Source: Welwitschia mirabilis (Eukaryota). From it: DNA of 44,048 bases. The stretch spans positions 46,558,675-46,602,722 of the forward strand of contig JBOZIK010000001.1 of NCBI GenBank assembly GCA_051453625.1, in the 5' to 3' direction. Below, piece by piece: positions 37,451-44,048 of the stretch; positions within the stretch are counted from its first letter, which is position 1; each line of letters opens with the position of its first letter. The position numbers and the translations under genes are program-made. The notes under the pieces were generated by a model that was given only the letters and a program-made list of their open reading frames with translations, had not been told where the DNA came from and did not search any database.

Positions 37451-39160
37451 CCACTTAAGCTCAACCTTTCATGTGTTGAGGGTTTATGAGACATTAATGA
37501 AAGTACCCCCTTGGGAGTAAGAAAACCAGTGTGAAGCTTAAATTGTCTTAGTTGTGCCCTTTTGAATTATCACAACTTATGCAATCAACAAGAAGCAGAT
37601 CTGTAACAACAAACCACTACAAATCCAAGGTGCATGCATGTTTTGCTACCGCAACTAAAATATGACATGAATCTGTTCCCACAATCTGTGTCTCTGAAAA
37701 ACTAGATCTATAATCCACCCTCCACTATTTCCTGCACTTAGACTTCACTACCATTAATTTTGATAACAGCTATTTCCAGTTGTTCTCTGCCAAGTTTCCT
37801 TTTTTCTAGTCTCTTATCTTCAATGGTTATGGTAACTCTGAGATTGTTGAATAACATGAAAAACATGCTTAAAGACACACAATAGTTCCATAAGGATTGT
37901 ACATATGTCAAATAAATGTTAATACATGCTTTTTGCACATGCATGGCTCACTGTCCTCCACGATAAGACTTTTGTCAAACCCAAGCATTGATAAAACTGT
38001 TGCATAACATGTGTCAGAAGCATATCACAATTATTTTTCTATCCATAGAGAAATTGAACTATGGAGTAGAAAGAAACAAAGGAAATCACAATAAGGCAAC
38101 ATAATCAGTGATCTTCAACTAATCAAATTGACAGATTACAAGCCACAACCACTGCCTCAAGTTAGAATTCCCAAGCTATAATGGTCACAGTTGAGACCAA
38201 TCACTCTCCTCATTACATGTTTGCAATAAAACCTCAAGCAAGCTTATATACACAAGATTCCAAAGCCCGCAAAACTCTGAACTTGCTTTTCACGTGTCTT
38301 CAAATGTATTTTAAAATAGGACACTCTTAACAACCCAAAGTGACGCTATTAACAAGCTCACTTTTAGAACATGAAAGGTGTTAAAACTTTAAAATAAATA
38401 ACAAAGATGTAAAAATATTCATATGGCTTCATCAATCTCTTAACATATATGACATTTTAGTAAGAATGTATTGTTTTAATAGGTAACTAATGAGTTGATA
38501 TTCTTAATGCTATGGCCATCAAAATACCAAGAACAAAAAGATGATCATCTATGAATTAGATACATGCAAGTTGATCGTCGTGTATGTTACCATCAGTCCA
38601 TTACAGCAATAACGCTTAATAATAAGAAAGGTTGAGTATAAAGTATATACTAGCCTGGAGAGTTAGAACCATAAAAAAACGCTGGCCTCCACAGAAATTA
38701 TATGAGAGGCCAGGCAGGGTTACCATCATTAAATTAATACATTGAAGGGTGGACATGGTTGTGCACCTACAGACGCAAAGGCTTCATGACAATTCCACGA
38801 TCAATGAATGTATGTAAGGGGTCCTCCTACAACATTATCTTGTTGATTGCTAAAAATTGCAAGGTACAAAAGTCCTTCGACAGAAAATACAAAACCAGAA
38901 ATCCCTTGCATCTATTGATACATGCCGACAATTAATGCTCCTCAAATTGACTTTAGCACGTAGTGTAATACAACAGCAATAAATAACTGTCAACTAATGC
39001 CATTGACAGTAACTTTCACTTTAGTATATGTCCAACTGACTAGTTGCTTAAATGGAACCAATACAATTACATTAAATTTTCACTATAAATCCTTTGAAGC
39101 AGTGATTTGATGAGCCAGTATATTCAGAACCATCCTGAAAGCAACGGAGCACTTGGAATT

Positions 39161-39355
39161 TTAGACCTGATTCATATTAACTGAAAACATTCTGGCATCA
39201 GAATGGCGCAAATGAGCTTGTCTCCGTGGTACTCCAATTTCACAGGAATTTACTTTTGCAGCAAAGCGCAACGAACAAAGTGATTCACTTAAGGATTGTG
39301 GATCCGGTGATACGTTAACAAACATCAGTGTCTTTGAATCTCCACCTAAACAAGG
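39161..39355 (-). CDS. KIN14: Kinesin-14 (ATK1/KATA-type C-terminal motor), last coding exon
   Basis: TTCAG| acceptor, then [64 protein letters not shown] (65 codons including TAA). The motor ends at the protein C-terminus, and VN.CEIG.PRRQ is typical of ATK1-type kinesins. Confidence 0.96.
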   Translation of the reverse strand, partial: PCLGGDSKTLMFVNVSPDPQSLSESLCSLRFAAKVNSCEIGVPRRQAHLRHSDARMFSVNMNQV

Positions 39356-39488
39356 CTGAAGATATATAACGAAAAAGAATCAATGCAATATTTAGACAGA
39401 TTTTAGAAAAATAACATAATGCAGGAAACAAGAATCCCAATTATAATATCACAAGCATTATGAATAGGAACATTTCTAGTAAAGAAAC

Positions 39489-39593
39489 CTGTAGTAGATA
39501 AGTAAGCTTTGAGTTTCTAAATGGCACATGCGAGTCCTTGTTTGCAATTGCCAGGATGACATCACCTAGAGAAGCCAGGCTCTTGTTAATGGC
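39489..39593 (-). CDS. KIN14: Kinesin-14, penultimate coding exon
   Basis: TGCAG| acceptor, 105 bp [35 protein letters not shown], |GTTTCT donor. A 133-bp phase-0 GT-AG intron (39356-39488) joins it in frame to the last exon. Confidence 0.97.
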
Positions 39594-41629
39594 CTGCATA
39601 ACGACAAGAAAACAACTTTCACAAAATGGACTAGGAATACCATCATAATAATCATTACTGTAAATCTATTTGTGATTTTTGTCTAACATAGAGAAGAATA
39701 TAACTGTTATTGTATGATGTTAGTAAATGCTTGTTGCATTATTTTATCTTTGGTAGGTTTGAGCAAATCAAGTATTCTAAAGATTTACTCGAAAGCAGTG
39801 TAAGAAAGTTGTAGGAGAATGTGTTCTATGATGTCTTTAAGGTTGATGTTACTGCAAAGGTTTAGGAAATGATAACGTTTTATAAAAGTTTCTTAAATTT
39901 TGTCCAGAATTTGTGATGTATTAATCACGTTTAACGAAGTGAGACAACTTGTGTCTTTGTTAGTTTCTAAATTGATTTCCAAAGTAAATAAATTAGAAAA
40001 CAACAGCAACGTAAATAAGATTTCAGGTAATTTTTGAACAATTGCCGGTTGTCAGTGCCTGGTTAAATCAGCGGAGTGAAAAAAAACAGGAAATAAGAAA
40101 ATTTGATAAAAGAAAAATGTCTCGACAGAGTGGACACGCTGAAAGACATGTCCAAGGTAGATATAACAATAACGAAATACTAAAATCTCTAAGCTCACAA
40201 TACAGGCTGCCAACTAAAAGAATCTGGTTTAGGGCCAACATGCAACCAACTCCTCACACTAAGAGATTGGTTGCTGTTTTAATACTGAATGTTTGAGCAA
40301 GTAGAAATATGCATTTATGATTTTTCCAGGCTGAAGAGTAGGCTTAATACTTAGAAAGCCAATAACATGAAGTATATCTACGAAAAGAAAAGAGTTAACA
40401 ACCTCTTTCCATCAAGAGGAATGCCTCTGGCGATAATGCACTTACAAATGGAAGTTTACTTCTTGATGTAGATTTTAATACAGTTAAATAGTGTTGGAAA
40501 GGTAGGACTGTCAAAGAACACACTTGCTGCTGATTGCAACATGAAATAGCTGGGGACAATACTTGATGGTTCCTCCAATCATTTTCAATAGCCTTGAAAA
40601 GATAATCTACTCAATTTGAGTACGAATTTACTAAGAAAGTAGTTAAGATGTGCAAGATGAGTCAAATTCAAAAAGTAGGGGAAACGAGCACTGTACTTTT
40701 CTAGGTATTTGTAAAATGCAATTTTGAATCCATATGCATAATGGATCTCTCAAATCACCGGCTAACGGAATACCATTAAGTCTTATTGTTACATAATGCA
40801 TACAAGGTTAATAGTTACATATCCAAAGGGGTGCTTTGATGTTTGGGCCAGGGTGAGATTAGAAGCAACAATTGTAGTTGTAGGCTATTGGTGTGTTGGT
40901 CTGCTAGTGATCCATAATAAGAAAGTGATGTTCATTCCATGAGAAAAAATAAAAAAGCAGATCTTTGCAGTTTTAGGGCAAACATTGGAAATGGGTTCTC
41001 TCAGAAAGGAATGAATGGGAACAATTTTACAGCTAATGTCCAGACATGTTATTTCAGGAAGTGTTCACAGATTGATTTTCCTGATGTAGCACAAGAATCC
41101 TAAGAAATCACCCTACTTTCCTTTGAGACAGAAGACATAATCGACATTTAATTACTATATATGACTTTGAATACGAGAAGAATAGTAGGGTACATTCATC
41201 ATGGTCTAGAAAAGAAAAATACAAAAATTAAACTAGAGTTGGTGTTATAGCCCCACAGGGTAGAATACAATTCTTAATTGAGGAAACTTAATTCTTAAAG
41301 GGATAGAAAGTAATGTCACTTTTCCTAATACATGTTGATAAGTCCTGATATGGCTCATTTAGATTGCCTTATTTGCATAAAGCAGTTCTTTAGAACTTCG
41401 TTAATATTGTCTTGAGTCGGTCAGGATTTTCAAAATCTACCTTTTATGTGTCCAGCCAATTCTGCATAGAAACAATTGCAAATGGACTATTGCATGTATT
41501 TAATAAATAAATGTCTCAAAGTATAAGGTCATTCAAAACAATGACATTACAAACTTTATTCCGAATGTTAAGGTCAAATAGTTATAACAAATTAAGTCAG
41601 AGAGGCATGCTATCTTAGCAATTATCACA

Positions 41630-41910
41630 TGTCACATGACAATAAATCATCATTTGGAAGAAAACAACTACTGTAGAAGAGATTGGTTTGCAGACAGAGG
41701 GTGTCAAAAGTTGAAGAGTTCCAAAGGGTGAATCATGACGTTAACAAATTGCATCAACCATTATGTATCAATGGATCCTCTTTTAGTGGTTGTCAAGGGC
41801 CTATAAATACTTATCCTTGTACCTTGAAAGCAAGGTTTAGCTTAGGTCTCTTTCTCTTTAACCTTATATTCTAGTAACTGTTTTCCTTAATTCCTCTAAA
41901 CAGTGTAACA
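41630..41910 (+). mobile_element. Possible short solo LTR within the intron
   Basis: Termini TGTCACA...TGTAACA (6 of 7 inverted match), CCTATAAATA at 41800-41809 followed by a CT-rich tract; no TSD seen. Confidence 0.4.
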
Positions 41911-42637
41911 TTATGTGAGCTTCAAACAATGGATAGGGACAAACCATTGTTAATAACTATTTATCTTCATCTTTGGTCTCTTTGTTTCTAATTCAGTTAT
42001 TTAGTTTTAATCTCAATTTTCTTTCCATTTATTAGTTATCCTCAACATTATTTCTTATGCACTCAACTCCAATCCCTTCACAACAGGCTACTGGTTATCT
42101 CCAATGCATTGTCAAGTTTTATTCTTCATCATCCCACAATATGCCAGAGTCATAAAGAAGATGACTAGTCCTATCCTACAAATGCCCCAATTAGTCGAGA
42201 CATTTCCATGTCATGAAACACGATGAGCAAAGCTGTGCTTACCTTATCTACTATGCAAGCAAAGCCTCTGTCAATTAAACAACCATAGAAAAAGAACTCC
42301 TGGCATTGGTGTTATCTTCAAGGAAATTCCATCTTTACCTTCTTGGTTTTTGAGATCTATGTGTGCACTGATTATAGCGCTCTGCAGTTCTTATTAACCA
42401 AACCCACAATCAATTCACAAATAGCTAGATGGTCAATGTTTAATGCAAGAGTTCCATATCAACATTATTAACAAGAAAGGAGCTAAGAATGTGGTAATCT
42501 ATCATCTATTGCTCTTGCAAATCACTAACAAAGACAGGAAATACATAATTGTGACACATTTCTAGATGAACATCTGCTCCAAGTCAATGTTTTAGGAATA
42601 AAGTATTGACATGTGAAGCCAAATATATTATTTATAT

Positions 42638-44048
42638 TGTAATGTTATGTTTTAACATTGATCCCTAGTTAAAGTTGTAAAAGGTGATTGGCTTGTAACT
42701 CTAACCTTAAGGCTATATAAACCAGTTAGAGGGTTGTTTGTTGTATCTAGACACATTTTTGCTCCTAATCAATCAATAAAGCTCTGCATTGCTTCTCNNN
42801 NNNNNNNNNNNNNNNNNNNNNNNNNNNNNNNNNNNNNNNNNNNNNNNNNNNNNNNNNNNNNNNNNNNNNNNNNNNNNNNNNNNNNNNNNNNNNNNNNNNN
42901 NNNNNNNNNNNNNNNNNNNNNNNNNNNNNNNNNNNNNNNNNNNNNNNNNNNNNNNNNNNNNNNNNNNNNNNNNNNNNNNNNNNNNNNNNNNNNNNNNNNN
43001 NNNNNNNNNNNNNNNNNNNNNNNNNNNNNNNNNNNNNNNNNNNNNNNNNNNNNNNNNNNNNNNNNNNNNNNNNNNNNNNNNNNNNNNNNNNNNNNNNNNN
43101 NNNNNNNNNNNNNNNNNNNNNNNNNNNNNNNNNNNNNNNNNNNNNNNNNNNNNNNNNNNNNNNNNNNNNNNNNNNNNNNNNNNNNNNNNNNNNNNNNNNN
43201 NNNNNNNNNNNNNNNNNNNNNNNNNNNNNNNNNNNNNNNNNNNNNNNNNNNNNNNNNNNNNNNNNNNNNNNNNNNNNNNNNNNNNNNNNNNNNNNNNNNN
43301 NNNNNNNNNNNNNNNNNNNNNNNNNNNNNNNNNNNNNNNNNNNNNNNNNNNNNNNNNNNNNNNNNNNNNNNNNNNNNNNNNNNNNNNNNNNNNNNNNNNN
43401 NNNNNNNNNNNNNNNNNNNNNNNNNNNNNNNNNNNNNNNNNNNNNNNNNNNNNNNNNNNNNNNNNNNNNNNNNNNNNNNNNNNNNNNNNNNNNNNNNNNN
43501 NNNNNNNNNNNNNNNNNNNNNNNNNNNNNNNNNNNNNNNNNNNNNNNNNNNNNNNNNNNNNNNNNNNNNNNNNNNNNNNNNNNNNNNNNNNNNNNNNNNN
43601 NNNNNNNNNNNNNNNNNNNNNNNNNNNNNNNNNNNNNNNNNNNNNNNNNNNNNNNNNNNNNNNNNNNNNNNNNNNNNNNNNNNNNNNNNNNNNNNNNNNN
43701 NNNNNNNNNNNNNNNNNNNNNNNNNNNNNNNNNNNNNNNNNNNNNNNNNNNNNNNNNNNGGTGGTATCAGAGCGAGGTTCGAAGTACTTTTCAATGCAAG
43801 GGGCATTTCTATGAGCGACGTGAGCCCTTTGCGAAGCACGCGAAGCATGCGAGCCAAAATTTTCTTAGCAAGTCCAGATCGAAATGCTAGGGTTTCAAAT
43901 GGAGCATCTACAAACAACAGACAGACTTTTGGACCCAGAAAATTGGGGTGTGTGGAAAATCTTAATGAAAGACATTCTGCGACAAAAGTGATGTAAGCTT
44001 GCTCTAAAGACGAAAGCACAAGCAAAGGCAGATTTGAAGATAGATGAT
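42638..44048 (+). mobile_element. Young LTR retrotransposon (5' LTR, PBS, start of internal region), antisense to the kinesin gene; superfamily not determined
   Basis: TG start near 42638-42643, TATATAAA at 42714-42721, AATAAA near 42775, then the gap, a perfect Met PBS TGGTATCAGAGC at 43762-43773 and a CpG-rich leader. Confidence 0.75.

Larger units (their letters stand above)
39594..44048 (-). other. Long kinesin intron, continuing beyond the window
   Basis: The expected preceding exon (L.LIDLAGSER...LKETQ) is not seen in the sequenced part of 39594-44048; it could be hidden in the gap. Confidence 0.7.

Noticed and set aside
39135..39166. Possible extra intron CAG|GTCTAA...TTTCAG| bypassing the kinesin stop
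   Set aside because: About 32 nt, too short for a normal plant intron; the TAA stop gives a typical ATK1-type C-terminus.
1..44048. Assignment to a specific plant lineage
   Set aside because: LINE motifs, long introns and strong GC decay hint at a non-flowering land plant, but a kinesin or RT phylogeny is needed and the sequence alone does not settle it.

Overview
Eukaryotic land-plant nuclear DNA from a gapped draft assembly (large N runs at 912-1492, 5225-5445 and 42798-43759). The only firmly recognisable host gene is the 3' end of a C-terminal-motor kinesin-14 (ATK1/KATA type) on the minus strand, with two exons at 39489-39593 and 39161-39355. Its upstream intron runs past the window end and holds a young LTR retrotransposon. 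The left end has a nearly intact Ty1/copia gag with PBS and LTR edge (minus strand), then a CpG-rich island (about 1.5-4.1 kb) with G-boxes and a possible spliced 5' segment containing micro-exons, then a three-copy ~131-bp tandem repeat. About 5.4-37.5 kb is an AT-rich graveyard of decayed elements: an Athila-like Ty3/gypsy with two extra ORFs and a nested Ty3 fragment, a second gypsy pol, two near full-length L1-type LINEs plus LINE fragments, and a probable PIF/Harbinger relic. I found no CRISPR, rRNA or tRNA genes and no clearly new biological system. The best leads are the micro-exon candidate, the two-accessory-ORF gypsy, the boundary tandem repeat and the all-context C-to-T decay. Domain calls come from motifs translated by eye, not from database searches, and the boundaries of decayed elements are approximate.
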